DNA of 64,000 bases from Lama glama (lineage: Eukaryota). Below the pieces are notes generated by a model. That model ran no database searches and had not been told where the DNA came from. It saw only the letters and a program-made list of their open reading frames with translations. Shown piece by piece: positions 24,476-37,838 of this stretch. Every line of letters begins with the position of its first letter. Position 1 is the stretch's first letter. The translations under genes were made by a program, and so were the position numbers. The DNA is taken from NCBI GenBank assembly GCA_028534125.1, contig CM052818.1, positions 22,570,001 through 22,634,000 on the forward strand, read 5' to 3'.

Positions 24476-24989
24476 GAGGAACCTGCTCTCCAAAGAAGGC
24501 CCTGATGAACGAGACCTCCTGGTATGTATGCCCTGTGTGGTGCCCCCACAGTGACTCTGGCCCAACCTGTGACTCACGCTAACACATGGAATACACTGGA
24601 TATACTTTGTGTAAGTTTTGGACGTAGCCTTTAGGAAGACTGGCAGTTTCCTTTTCCACCTTTCTGAAATACTCACTTCTAGGAGTCCTGAGCTGCCATC
24701 TGGGAAGTCCAGCTACCCTACTAGAGAAGCCACGTGGAGGGAGACAGGCCCAGAGATTATGGAGAAAGAAGGACAGGACCAGCTGTCCCAGCATTCCAGC
24801 TGAGCCTCTTGACTCCAGCCCCTTACACCACCCAGCCACAGACACATGAGAATTCCCAAGCAAAGCAGCAGAAGAGATGCTCAGCTAGGCCCAACCAACC
24901 CACAGAATCATGAAAGGTAATAAAATAGTGATTGCTTTAAACCGTCAAGCTTTGGAATGTTTTGTTACACAGCAATAGGTAACTGAAAC
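24476..24989 (+). mobile_element. MaLR LTR (MLT1G/H-like), oriented opposite to the adjacent internal region
   Basis: Ends 'cccacagaatcatgaaaggtaataaaatagtgattgctttaaacc...tttgttacacagcaataggtaactgaaac'; its 5' part aligns by eye with the reverse complement of 23237-23100. Confidence 0.75.
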
Positions 24990-24995
24990 TACGCT

Positions 24996-25410
24996 GAATA
25001 CAAATGCATTTTATTTTTAATCCTTTAGATTACTATCAATAGAAGACAAATTCTGAGTTCTCTATTTTAAAATCATGGTTTCTAATTTTGCTAAAATTAA
25101 GGCCAGAAAATAGATTTTAAAGAACAAATATATACTAATTTATGAATCATAAATGTCTTTATAATATAAAGCTTTAATTATTCATTCAAACGTCATTGGC
25201 CCATCAACAGAAACCTAATAATTCAATTCAGTTGTCTTCAATATTTTGAAAACACCCAGTCATATAAAAATCATAACTTTATTTGTCTTTTCAGTTTTAT
25301 CATCTTGAAGGTAAACTTGTCAAGGTTGAAGGACACAACATATTTTAATTAGTAGTTTGTTAGCCTGACTTACAACTTTTAAATACTTAGATATATGGTC
25401 TGTGGGCCTT
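24996..25410 (-). mobile_element. hAT-Tip100 (Zaphod-like) DNA transposon remnant; probably continues at ~22030-22700 on the other side of the MaLR
   Basis: Minus strand 'aggcccacagaccatatatctaagtatttaaaaagttgtaagtcaggctaacaaactac...ccttgacaagtttaccttc' resembles the Zaphod terminal region as I recall it. Confidence 0.5.
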
Positions 25411-26264
25411 CTTCTTACCCCCCAGGAGTGACTGTCACTAGAACAAAGAAATAGGTGCCTGACCAAGGTAGGAGCCAGAAGCACTGAAGCACCAGAAGAG
25501 AGGGTGCACTTTTAAGGCCAGAAGGAACACCTGAGCCACCACACCAGCAAAGACCAGAGAGGAGCGTGAGGTGGGGTGGGATGCTGAGAAGCCCGCCTGC
25601 CCCATCACTGCTCCACTGGCCAAATCTGAATGGCCTGGCCTGGCCTAGGACCAGGTGTGGGAACACTACAGAGCTAAACCTATCCCCTAAGCATCCTAAA
25701 ACCTGGCTTGTGCTGGAGAACATCACAACCTTCTGAGGCCCCCAGGTCTGGGCCCAGGGCCCATGTTAGGCTAGGAGGGGTCTGCAGTCAAACTGAGTCA
25801 GTTTCCTACTGATGAGTAACTGAGATCCATGCTTTCCACATTCACCCATTTCTACAGTTTCAAATATGCTTCCTTTCCCTATAGTTTCCTTCTAAGAATT
25901 GTTTCTGAAAAGCCCTAATCTTTTCTTTGCAAAATTAAAGTGAAAAGCATCTGCCCATATTTAATCAAAAGTGTACATGGGGAGAAGAAAAAAGGGGATG
26001 GGGAGGTTGAGCTGGGGCAAGAGCTGCAGCTTCTTGAAGACCAGGAAAGCCAGGATATGTGTGGCCAGGCTCGCGTGTGTGTCTGAACTGTGCAAGGTAT
26101 GCAGGCGGGTGATCGGTATCCCAAGGTGGCGCATGTCTAGGGCTTATGTGCAGCTCTCTGCCTGCCTGAGCTCTCTCCTTACTGATCTAGAGGGTCACTT
26201 CCCAGGGGAGTAGCTGGGGGTGATGGCTGACCCTCACACTGGAGGACCAGCTCACAGCTTTGGT

Positions 26265-26465
26265 GTGGAGGGGTCACTGCCTGGGTTTGAGTCCTCACGC
26301 TGACCCTTTCTAACCTGGGCGCCTCAGGCCAATTATTTAATCCCTTTGTGCCTCAGTTTCCTCATGGATAAAATGGGTATGATGACGATGATGATGACAG
26401 TGGTTGGGAAGATTAAATGAGTAACACAGGTAAAGTGCTAAGAATAGAGCCTGGCTCATAGGAAG
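26265..26465 (+). mobile_element. MIR SINE
   Basis: 'ctgcctgggtttgagtcc...gtgcctcagtttcctcatggataaaatggg...gaagattaaatgag'. Confidence 0.75.
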
Positions 26466-27689
26466 GGCCAAAGGCAACGTTTGCCAACAGAGAGAACAGT
26501 CCAGGAGAAAGATGGGGTAGATGCAGATTTGTGTGAGGATTGTTTCTCAAGGTAAATGCTAATGAATTAAGGCAGGTGTTCAGATCTTCTTAGGCCAAAG
26601 TCTTCTCAAAGCCAGGGCCCTGGCTGGAAACAGAGGTGTCTCCCATGTCACAGCCACAGAACAGCCAGAGTTCTTTTTAAAAGGTCTCCTTGGGTCTGGA
26701 TGAAAACTGTAGTCAGCCACCCAGAAAAAGGAACTGTTACTTTGGATGCCCACATCTCTAGTTTGTCCTGAATTCCCATAACTTGTGCACTTGGGAAGAC
26801 TTAGTCTCCCCCCCTCAATGGAGCCACATCCTATGACACACTGAACATTAGACTTGGAGTTAAGACTTGGGGTTGAAGATTTGCGAGGTGACCTCAGGCA
26901 CATCCCTTCCCATCTCAGAGACTCAGTTTTCCAGCCTATAAAATGAGAGCACTGGGCTAGATGATTTCAAAGTCCCCAACTCACTCTAACTTTCTGGGAC
27001 AATGGATCCTCACTGCCCACCCAAGCCTGGCCTTGGGTCAAAGCCCACATCCAGGGCAGTGTCCACTCAGCCAGGGGCCATGAAAGGCCATCGAGGCAGC
27101 CCCTTAGAGCTTAGTTGACCCTCCTTGCTCTCCCCTTTGTGCAGAGACCTCTTCCCTAGACCTCAGGAAGTCCAGGGGACCAGGAGATACCTGGCCCTGG
27201 GATGGAAGGACCACAAAAGCCAGGCTTGAGCAAACACAGAGATATTAAGACCATCACTAAGGGGAGTACCCTGCACTAGCAAAGGACAAGGGGTGGGAAG
27301 AAGCCAGGGGTCCTGAGATCAAAACTTGATTTAGCCCCTAGAGATGAAGGTAAATCTGGCCTCCTCCCTGAAACCATGCTGAGCCCCCCAAAAGAGTGGG
27401 GGCTGTGAACCCAACATTCACTACAGAAGGTGCCAAGACTGGAGCCATTTGAAAGTCCACCCACCAAGAACAAACACTATCACATTCGGCCAGTTAGTCA
27501 GAAGGCTAGAACGTTCTGCAAGATTCTAAGCCACGGTTCAGCATGCAAGTGGTGGGGATTCCAAGCCTCAGGACGTGTCCTGTGACAGTGGAAATGCGTC
27601 TACTTGTACGTAGGAGGTTTCTCCACATCTGTAGGAAAGTCTGTGGTAAAGCCTGGGGTGTCTGTGAGAAAGACGACAGAACAGCCAGT

Positions 27690-27920
27690 GGTGATTTGCT
27701 CTTAAGCCTGACTGCCTGGGCTTGAATCCCAAGTTTCCCAATGACTAGCTTTGTGACCTTGAGCTGTCACCTCTGTGTGACTCAACTCACCCATCTGTTA
27801 ATTGGGATAGATAACAATACTTGCTTCACAAAGTTGTTGTAAGGATTCAATTGCTTAATCCTCTTGTATAGCATTAGAACAATGCCTACTGTGTAGGAAA
27901 TTTCCAGTAGGTTGTAATCA
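27690..27920 (+). mobile_element. MIR SINE
   Basis: 'gactgcctgggcttgaatccc...actagctttgtgaccttgag...catctgttaattgggatagataac'. Confidence 0.7.
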
Positions 27921-30149
27921 CTACCGGTGACTGTACATCCACATCTACAAATACAGAGTCAAGTGCTTCTAGGCCGAGGTTTGTGAGTGTCTGTATGTCT
28001 CTGAGCATGAGAATGTACACATCTGGGTGACTGTGTCTCTACACATGTGTAAGTGTCTGAGACCTTTCTCTGCCTCCAGCAACAGTAACAGTGGGCAGTT
28101 ATTTCATGCTTATGGTGTCCCGCACTACCCCAGGGGTTCTACAGGTATTCACATGGAAACACATGTGAATGCAAACCGCTAAGCACGTATCCAGACACAC
28201 GTGCCAGTGAATGGCCTGCCAGCCCTGCCTGTTGAGATGTCCTTCCTGAGTGAGCTGGGTGAGAGAGGAAGACTCCCACCATGGCTGCCTGCCTGCCCAC
28301 AGCATGGAGTGGGGGCCAGTGAATTACACCCACCACCCACCCTCTGTCCCAGGATCCCAGTTAGCTTGAATTGCCTGTGTCTTCTTTCCTCTAATAGGAG
28401 AGGGCAAACGAGGAGCCTGGAGAGGAGCCCACCAATAAGAGCCTTCCTTTCATCCTATCATCGCCTTGATCTTGCCTGGGCCCCAGGACACTCAGGAAGG
28501 CCCCTTGCTGGGCTGGGCCAGCTTTTCAGTGTGTGCCCTTTTTTCCTGCTGAGTGGCGTCTACTTCCAAATCACTGTGTATCCTCCCTGAAAGCTCAGAG
28601 TCTAACAGGAGCAAGACAGGGAATTATCCTCATGGAGAAAGCCTTCACATTTTACCTGTTATGTTTCCCCTGGTTCCATTATCCAATGTTGGCAACATTT
28701 CAAGCATAAAAGGATTTTTGAAAATTTATGAATGTGCTTTCCTTTCTTGCCTTTATGAATACATGACCTTCATCTTCCTTGGCCCGAGGCATCCATCTCT
28801 GCCTGAGGAGAGACTAGGATGAAGGTTTGACATAGAAAGCACAGAAGAAAAATGCTGTAATGCTTGGCATCATTCAAAATATGATTATGCAGTAGGTCAA
28901 ACATCTTCTAAACCAGGCTTTTCTCTTGAGATCATATTTTCTGGATGCCTTCATCTCTCTCCTTGGGCGTAATTACGGCATTTTTAGTAACAGATGCCCA
29001 GGCAAGAAGACAACGACCCATCTGCTTTGTTCTAAAAGGGAACCCCGCTGAGGCCCCTGTCCCAGCCTCCCAGGCTGCTCTGAACCCACCATCAGGGCTC
29101 TGGGGGGCGGGAGGGTGAGGAGGCAGAAGAGCCTCAGAAGTTCCACTTCACAGGCCAACTTCAGTTCCCACAGGCCTGGCTACCAAGCTATGAGCCAATA
29201 GGTCAGCTGGGGTCAGGGCCGCACAACAAGGAGATGCCACAGGAAAGAAGGGGGCGCTACTGGGTCAGCGGGAGGCCCTGTGGGACACAGCCAGGAGAAC
29301 CCAGGTGCAGCGGGCTGGTCAGCTGGGGGTATCATGGGGGCTCTGGCCAGACCAGGAGTTACATAAACTCAGCTTCAAGTACAGCCCGTGGCCAGCAGGG
29401 ACAAGGACCCTGCCGGGAAACCAGAGGACACCACACCCCAGAATCCCAGCGCCTTGCTTCTGCCAGATGTCACATAAGCGGCCCTTGTCTGTCCACACAC
29501 CTCGACCTCATCTTAGTGGGAGAAGCTGAGGAAGGCAATCTGAAAACCGAACAATCTTCTCTGAGAGAAACGAGCATCACTTAATACGACAGGCTGTTGG
29601 GTCGCATGATGTTTAAAGCAAGTTGAATATTTCACTTTTACTCACTACTCATCAGATACAGGTTGTGGAAAAAGCCAGATTAGTTATATAATGAATAAGC
29701 AACTTTCTTTTTTTCTGCACAGATGAATTGAAATGCGAGTGAAATTTTCAAACCCTGTTGCTCAAAAATAGATGACCCTCCCCTGTCCCCACTGAAATGC
29801 CAGCTGGCCTGTCCAACTAAAGACAATGACCTGGGTAGAGGACAGGTCCCAGCCTCCCTTAGGTGGTGTGGGACAGGTCGTGGCAGAGCAGGATGGCTCA
29901 TGCACAAGTCCCCTCTGCAACCTTATCAATGCTTTTTTGAGAGAAAGAACAAGGTTTTAATTCTCTTTCCAGGCCTGTCCCATCCAGGGCATTCAGGCTC
30001 CTTGTCTTGTCTGCTGTCTCAGAGGCTGTTTGGATTCCTCATCTTTCCCCTGGGAGGTGGGAATTTGGGTGTGAATGAAGTGAGGTCCAAGGTCCTACAG
30101 GCTGGGTGTCAGAAGGAGGGGCGGGGAGAGCCACACGTGCAGAAGGCGA

Positions 30150-30168
30150 TACTGCCACCTGCTGGGGC
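30150..30168 (-). promoter_or_regulatory. CTCF core motif
   Basis: Minus strand reads CCCCAGCAGGTGGCAGTA. Confidence 0.55.
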
Positions 30169-31214
30169 CCTGGGGAGAGGCCGCCCAGCTGGGGAACCAC
30201 GTTCCACTGGCCTCTGAATCTTGCCCTCAAATGATTTGCTTTCCTTTTTTTCCAGAACAGTGTCTCACCTATTCCCTCATCTGGTCATCTGGTTCCCTGG
30301 ATGGAGCAATACCATTCATCTCATTTTATCGATGAGTAAATTGATACCCAAGTAAAAGCAGAATGTCGTCTGATATCACATGACTGGGGAGGGCTTGAAG
30401 GCAACATTTAGTCTTCTGCCTCCTAGCCAAGAGCTGTGTCCTCAAATCAGTGCTCAGACAAGTGTGTCCTGGGCCCTGTCCCTTTTGAACAAGGTTGAGA
30501 GGGCCATCCCCAACATCCAGGGAAATGGTGTGAGGGGAAGGTGAGGCATCTACATCCTCCTGCTGGGACTGAGGCACCAGGTGGGAATGACTCAGGACCT
30601 GACATATGTCCACAGTGACTTTGTTTCCTAAGGAGTCACACACACATTACCACACAGATCATTTCAGCCACTTCAGTGCCATTTTCTGAAATGGCATAAG
30701 AGCAGGCTGGCTGCCAGGGGGGACCCCTGGCCAATTAACTGGGCTCCTCCATATCCCAGAGGGCCTCCCCCAAACTGGGTCCACCATGGTCCCTGTTCAG
30801 AGTTCTCAGTCTTAAAGTCTCCCTGATGCCCCAGTCCCTGGATTCCAGGCCTGTCCTGTGGCCTGGTGGGAAACACTCCCCGAGTCATAGGCTGCCTACC
30901 AGAATCGCCCACATTTGGCTCCTCTATGTCCGAGGATCAGGTGACAAGGGTGCTCAGACTGTAACCAGAGTTGGCCCGACCCGTCCCAGGTCCCTACAGC
31001 AGGGTCAGTTCCCCCAGCTCTCCTCCAGCAAGGAGGACACCGGCCCCTCGCAGCCTTTGTCCTGTTGTGGATAACTGCCAAGTGGGGAAACGATGGATGG
31101 TTCAGAGCTAGGGCCGGAGTCTGAGCCCAAATGACCTTCAAAGGCACCACCCTCCGCTCCATCTTATAACCACATCACTAACGGAAACTTCTCAGAGGTG
31201 GCTTAGAGGGAAAA

Positions 31215-31410
31215 CTATGAAGCCATAAAAACACAACTGAAGAAAAAGACTGTTTAACAGATCTCAGGATGGGCAATGACTTCCAGGCAGAGGAGAGATC
31301 ATACGGGGAAAGACATGACTTAACAAAATGTTGAAACTTCTGTACATCAACAACAACTAAAAAACAAAATCTCAAAATAAAGGCAAGCACACACTTCAGG
31401 GGAAGAGTTT
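31215..31410 (+). mobile_element. Old L1 ORF2 fragment
   Basis: 'gatctcaggatgggcaatgacttcc...gacttaacaaaatgttgaaacttctgtacatcaacaacaac' corresponds to the L1 ORF2 'DLG.GKDF...IKLKNFC' region. Confidence 0.55.
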
Positions 31411-33781
31411 TCGACACCCTTTCCACGTTTTTCCCACGTATGTCTTTTACTGTCCTTGTTGCTTTTCTGTTGGGAGAATTAGGTTGTGCTTTTATATATT
31501 AAACAGGAAAACTTTACTTATTATGAACCTTTGAATTTTAATACTTTGTATTACCTACTGAATAAAAAAGAAAAAGATGACATTTTAAACATAAATCAAA
31601 CAAAATATGTTCACTGATTCTATGTGAGCAGTTGATAAATGAAAATTTATAAGTAAAAAAAATTCCTAAGGGCAGCTTCTGCCCCAGCCCTCAGCCCAGG
31701 GAGGAGGGAAAGGCAGAATTGTAAAAGTGACTGAGTTTGTCTCCAGCAGCCCCCACCCTCTGCTCCCTGCTTCCCTGTCCCACTTCCAAGCACCCCTCTT
31801 CCCCAAGGCCCCCTGCACCCTCCTTCCCTCCCTCTCCTTCCCCACCATCACAGTCCGCTCACAGATGGACTTTGCTAAACACTTGCACTCCGGTGGGCTG
31901 AGGAGGTCCCACAGGCTGCCCGCTCAGGGAAGCCTTAAGGAGCAGGAGGAAAACTGTAGCCATTGAGGTTGGACATTATTTTATGTTCTGACATCAACGC
32001 TGCTGATCGACCCTGCTGGTAAGCAGCTGATACATATCACGACTTGGCACTGGCAGGGGCTCCGAAGACAAGCTGAACGTTTGTCATGGTGGTGATGTTT
32101 ATCGATGAGAATCTCGAAGTCCTGAGCCCTGGGGTAGAGCCTTGGATACAAAACAGGTGATAAAAGATCCAGCTCCCAAGGGCCAGCACATTTTCCAGAA
32201 CATCAGGAGCAGCCAGGGGATGGAAGGAGACCTTTTCTGTGACCTGGCTAAGGATGTCCTGTGGTCAGCAGGAGGCTGAAAGGCAGATGACTGGGGGCCA
32301 TTCCTCCCCCCAGCCCAGGCCTTCACGTGACCAAAACAGTTTATCAGATGGGAAAAGTTTATCTTCTCTGTCCAAGCCCCACCCCCGGCACCCACCACAG
32401 GGGAGCAAGTCCACTGTTCCCGATGGGTTTTGCACATGCTGGGAGATGATTTGAGCCAGTGTCCCATTAGTCCCAGGACAGCAGTCCCTGCCCCTCCTCC
32501 TGACAGCTGTGCTGGACGGTTACCCTCACTGCCAAGACTCTGCACTGGCCCAAGACTCCTCCTCTCCAGATTTCCAGCCCCTCTGTCCCCTCTCTCCTTG
32601 GCTTGCCAGAGTCCATGAAAGGCAGAAAGCTCTGAAAAGGCCCCAGGTTGTCCTGCAGGCTGCAGATAAAATAAGGCTCAGCAGTGGTCCTGTGGCTGGT
32701 CCTGCTCTGGCTCCAGCACTGGGGGAGCCTTCTAAGGCAGAGCCACAGTGCCACCTCGTGGTAGGGGGCCATCTGCACAGCTAGGCAGGAGTCAGCCCCT
32801 AAACAGACACCTCCTGGGTGCCTCTTCCCTAACTATTTCACTGTCTAGTTGCTGGGGGCTTCCCTACAGCCCAGGAGAGCCCCATTCTTGAAGGCTGAAG
32901 GATAGCTGTCAAGCTGAGGTCCCAGTCACATCTCTGACGCGCACACCCCCATACACATTGCAAAAACACGTAGGAAAGGGCCTGGGCTTCTGCATCAGGT
33001 GAACTGGGTCACTCCCATCTCCTCTGGTTGCCATATGTCTGCGCTCAGGCAATTACATAACCTCATGAGCCTCAGTGTCCTGTCTCTAAAATGGGAGCAG
33101 TAAAAATGCTGCTGAGGAATAGATTAGGTAATAATGGCCCTACAGCAGTGGCTGGGCTCACTGCAGGTGTTCAAGAAATAATAGTTCCCTTTCCCTTCTG
33201 TCTGGGCTCAGTGCCTGGGAAACCTAGACTGACCCAAAGGCAGGGCCGGGGGAGAGTCAACACACAAAGTCTAGGATAGGAAGTGGTTTTCTCTCAGCTC
33301 CTCCAAGAAGCCATTCCAAGCTGGTCCTCCAACTGCTATTTGCCTCTCTCTGAACACCTCCAGTTGAAGGTGACTGACCGGCCTGGTTAACCAGGGACTG
33401 AGGGACCTTGGGTGCTAAAAACTGAGGGACCTTGGGTGAGGTCAGCCTGGATGCACTGGCCACCCAGTCCTTACCTTTCCTCGGAGTCCAGTTCTAGGAT
33501 ATGACAGAATCGTTGGCTATAGCTCAGGACTGTGCACTGTAACACTCCCCAGGTGATTCTTACCAACACCAAGTCACTGCCCAAACAGACCACCCTCTGT
33601 GTGTATTTTCTCATCAGCTTCTGGTGGGAACATATTCTTCAACTAGATGGGAAGCCACCTGAGGTGTGGAATACTCAGTAACCACACCTTGGCTCCTGAA
33701 TCTACAAAGTAAACCAGCAGCAACGGGGCCCTTGTTCTTTGCTCAGCTTTAATGCTTGCGCCCACCTGTTGTTTCTCTATT

Positions 33782-34600
33782 ATCATTCATTCATTCATTC
33801 ATTCATTCTTTGTTGAGGGCCTACTGGCTTGGCACAGGAGGAATTAATATCCTAAGGTTGAGAGATAAGCAATTGCCACTTATATAAACACAATAATTTT
33901 AGATAGTAGTAAATACTACTATCCTATATTCAAAGGCATCTCTGAGGCGGTGATATTTGACTAAGCCCTGGAGGCTTGGGAGCCAGCCCCCTAAGTTTGG
34001 GTGAAGATGTTCGAGGAGAAGGAACAGCCACTGCAAAGGCCCCAAGGCAAAAACAAGGAACAGAAAGATGAGAGTGGCTGGGGCATTGTAAGTGGGGACA
34101 GAGTGACAGAGCTGAGGTTGTAGAGGTGGGCAGGGGCCAGTGCAGATATGTGGGGCCTTCTGCACCACCGCAGGCCCGTGCATTTTATTCTGTATGCAAT
34201 GGGAAGCTGTCAATGGTTTTAACCAAGGAAATGACAGGATCTGATTTATGTTATTAAAGGCTCATTTGGCCTTCTGGGAGAGGGACGAGAAGTGGAAGCA
34301 GGAAGTCAGTTAAGAGGCTACCACAGAGTCCAAGCAGGAGATGACAGAATCTGCAGGAGGGAAGGGCAGGGTTCAGGATACACAACGGGGGACACACGGG
34401 ACTTGCTGATGGATTAGGTACATGGAGGAGAAGAGGGGGACATTGAAGGCTGCCACCTAAATTTTTCACTTAAAATCTAGGTGAATGGATCATTTGTGGG
34501 CTGGGAAAGACTCGGGGAGAAGCAGGTATGGGAGGGGGAAAAAAATCAAGTGTTGTGCTTTTGGATGAGTCATTCAAGTGGAGATGCCAAGCGTGCTGAT
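33782..34600 (-). mobile_element. L2 LINE with (TCAT)n tail
   Basis: (tcat)n at 33783-33807, then 'ggaacagccactgcaaaggccc', 'ggaaatgacaggatctgatttatg', 'ggacttgctgatggattagg'. Confidence 0.8.
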
Positions 34601-35379
34601 GGAGAGGGCTGGGCTTTGTACAAAGGCACAAGGAAGTACCTACTAACTGTATCCCCGGGCCAGTTTAATAGTATGAATGACTGGATGCTGCTTTTTCTTT
34701 CTGAAAGGAATTCTCAAAGAAATTTGAAAAATCAGTCATCAGTGTAAAATGATGTTTTGTACAATAACAACTATGCCAGTCAAGACCCTTTTTGGTTACA
34801 AGTGAGAAGTCCAAGTCTATCTGGCCAACGCAAAGCGGCATTTTTTTAGCTTGAACATTCAAACTACAGAAAGAGAACTGAAGAAGCTAGTCTTAAGAAT
34901 CAGAGACCCTAACATTTTCAGCCTCTTTATCCCTGTCCCTGCTACACGTTAAATGTAGCCTTCATTCTCCCAGGCCAAACAGCTCAACTAGAAAGACAGA
35001 TTATCTGCTGGGAGCTGCAGGAAGCTCTGGATTTATACTTTTTATGTTTCTAAACAAAAAGGAAAAAGGACCCTTTGCAGATGGCTCAAAATAGAAACAT
35101 CCCATGGAAGGACTCTGATTGGTTTGTTCTGAGTCACATGCCCATCTCTGAAAGCAGGGACCAGAGCTGGGAAGATAGCAACAAAATCTACTGTACAATG
35201 TCTCTTTTCTGAAACAAGGACTAAGAATCTTAGCGCTAAAACAGACCTCAGAAGCCTCCCAACCTCCCCAACCAATGCACGATACTCTTTCTACTATATC
35301 CCAGCTTCTGCTCCATCACTTTTAAAGCTGGGAAACACACTGTTTCACCAGTCAACCCATCCCATTTCTCAACAGTGCT

Positions 35380-35580
35380 AATCATTTAAAAAATAAACTT
35401 GCTTCCTTGTCATCATCACCCACAGGCTCTGATTCTAGGTTCACGTCCTTTCCTCTAGGTCAACACTGAATATGTCTACTCCTTTCAGGAATATCTGAAA
35501 GCAGGTCATATATCCCCCTTCAGCCCACTCTTCTCCAGGATCCACACTCCTTGCAGCTTCAACTGTAGTCGTCATAGGTG
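35380..35580 (-). mobile_element. CR1/L3 LINE fragment
   Basis: 'aatatctgaaagcaggtcatatatcccccttcagcccactcttctccaggatccacactcc' matches the L3 3' ORF2 region in reverse. Confidence 0.55.
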
Positions 35581-36400
35581 GCTTATTGTTACAGGAACTA
35601 AGAGGGGCATCAGGTTCCCTGGATCATTTAGGTCAGGGTTGTCAAGGACTTTGTGGGGAAAGGCAGGGAGGCAACCGAAGGCAGAAAAGATCCTCACCCC
35701 ACCCCCAGGTTTTCCCACAGCCCAAACTCTACCCCAGTTGCCTGCCTTTGCTCCCAAGGGACCAGCCAGCCAGCAGGGAGCATAGAAACAAAGAGAATTC
35801 AGTTTTACAGTTTCAGTTAAAACAAAGAAAATAGATAGGAGAAGATAAAAATAAATTTAGAAGAGAAAGTTGAAAGAAGACAAAGAAATGCATGAAAAGA
35901 CTAGATACGGAGGGAAAGTCGTAATGAAAGTTTTAAAGAGACAGAATCTACTCATTAACAAGAGTTTTCAAAAGAATAAAATGGTTAAAAGGGAACATAA
36001 TTTTTTAAAAGACAAGAATAATTCGGGAAATATGCAGATAATAAGATAACTGGTTAAGTAAAGTTAAAAGATTTTTTTTAATGACTAAACACTATAAGAC
36101 TAAAAAATAAAACAGAAATGGGTTAAGCTGAAGGCAACAGGAGGGAGTCCAAGGGCCAGAAGTACCAGGCAGGGCTGAGTGTGGAATCTCGTGGGCTTTT
36201 TCTAAGCTTGGGGTTCTCTTCAGGGCATCCCTGTGAGCTGGGCTCCTCAGCCAGCCATGCCTTAGGTCAGAGCCTCCATCAAGTGCCCCTTCCTTAAATA
36301 CATGCTGGGGAAAGGCACTTAGCGGCGCCTCCCCTGCAAGTGGAGGACAGGGGCATGCCCCGTCTAGCATCAGTCAGCCCAGGCCCTTCAACCACTGTTC

Positions 36401-36590
36401 TTTTTTTTTTTTTCAATCCCTCCCCACCCCTGTCCCTGGCTTTCCCTTTTGGTAACCATAAGTTTGTTTTCTATGTCTGTGAGTCTACTTGTGTTTTGTA
36501 AATAAGTTCACTTGTATTAGATTTTTAGATTCCACATGTGACATCATATGATAGCTGTCCAACCATTACTCTTACGATGTGATTTCTAGA
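36401..36590 (-). mobile_element. L1 3' fragment
   Basis: Poly-T then 'cccttttggtaaccataagtttgttttctatgtctgtgagtct...tttttagattccacat'. Confidence 0.75.
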
Positions 36591-36789
36591 GTCCTCACAT
36601 TCATGGATTATCACATCAAAAACTCTCTTTAAAGATGATTTTGCACATCTGGAAAATGTTATATATATAATATATATTATATAGTTGATGTATATGTTAT
36701 ATATAACATTATGTATTAAATACATTATATTTTATATATAATACAAATTGCTAAATACATAATTATACAGTTTTTATAGACAGATATCC

Positions 36790-37807
36790 ATCCCTCAGAC
36801 CAGCAATCCCATGTGTAGAATCCATCTCAAAGATATACTAGCAAAATATCCAAAACAGTGTGAACAAATCTCTTCATTGCAGCACCATCTACAAAACCAG
36901 AAGACTGAAAACAACCCAAACATTCATGAGCAGAGGACTGACAATAAACAGTGGGACACCCACAGGCATAGAGCACCATGCAGCTGTGATAAGGAGTGAG
37001 GAAGCCTTCTAGCTGCAACTTTGAAATAATCTTCAGAATATACTGTTAGTGAAATCAGCAAGGAAGAGCAGAGCTTTTGAAGAAGGAAACGAAGTGGAAT
37101 ACAAAGATAAGTGTGAATTTCCTTATATTTTTTAAGATAAACAAAGGAAAGACAAATCAAAAGTGTAATTTTTAAATTATTACTTATACAGAGAAAGAGG
37201 AAACAGGATTAGAGGACAAGGTTAGAAGCTAGACTTCTCTGAATAAACCTGTTTTATAGTTTTAACTTTGGAAGCATGTAAATATTTTAGATAAATAAAA
37301 AGAAAAAAAGGAATCTCTAAAAATGTAAAACAAACTAAATCAAACAGCATTCACTGTGTATCAAGTTGATAACATAGCCATACACAGAAAAATTACTTTG
37401 GCTTTAAAACACAATAATTTATATACTGCATTTTGAATACAAACTAAGGATAAAAGGAATCACAAAAGAATTTTAAACTGTAAACAATAATCTTACTATT
37501 AGAAATAATTTTTTCTAGAAATAATATTGATACTATTTCGAAACTATTCTGTGTGTGTGGTAGGATAAAGCAAATAAATGATTAAGTAATTATTTAAGAG
37601 TTGTAAAGAACTAATATTTTTAGAGCAAGAGAAAAAGAATTCAAATATAAATTATTGGGAGAGGGATAAACTGGGAGTTCGGGATTTGCGGATACAATCT
37701 ACTATATATAAAATAAATAAACAAAGTCCTACTGTATAGCACAGGGAACTATATTCAATATCTTGTAACAGCCTATAATGAAAAAGAATATGAAAAGGTA
37801 TATATAT

Positions 37808-37838
<31 letters not shown>

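Noticed and set aside
25420..25745. Possible processed pseudogene or insert beside the hAT remnant
   Set aside because: No recognisable protein in the listed ORFs, and no poly-A or TSD; left unassigned
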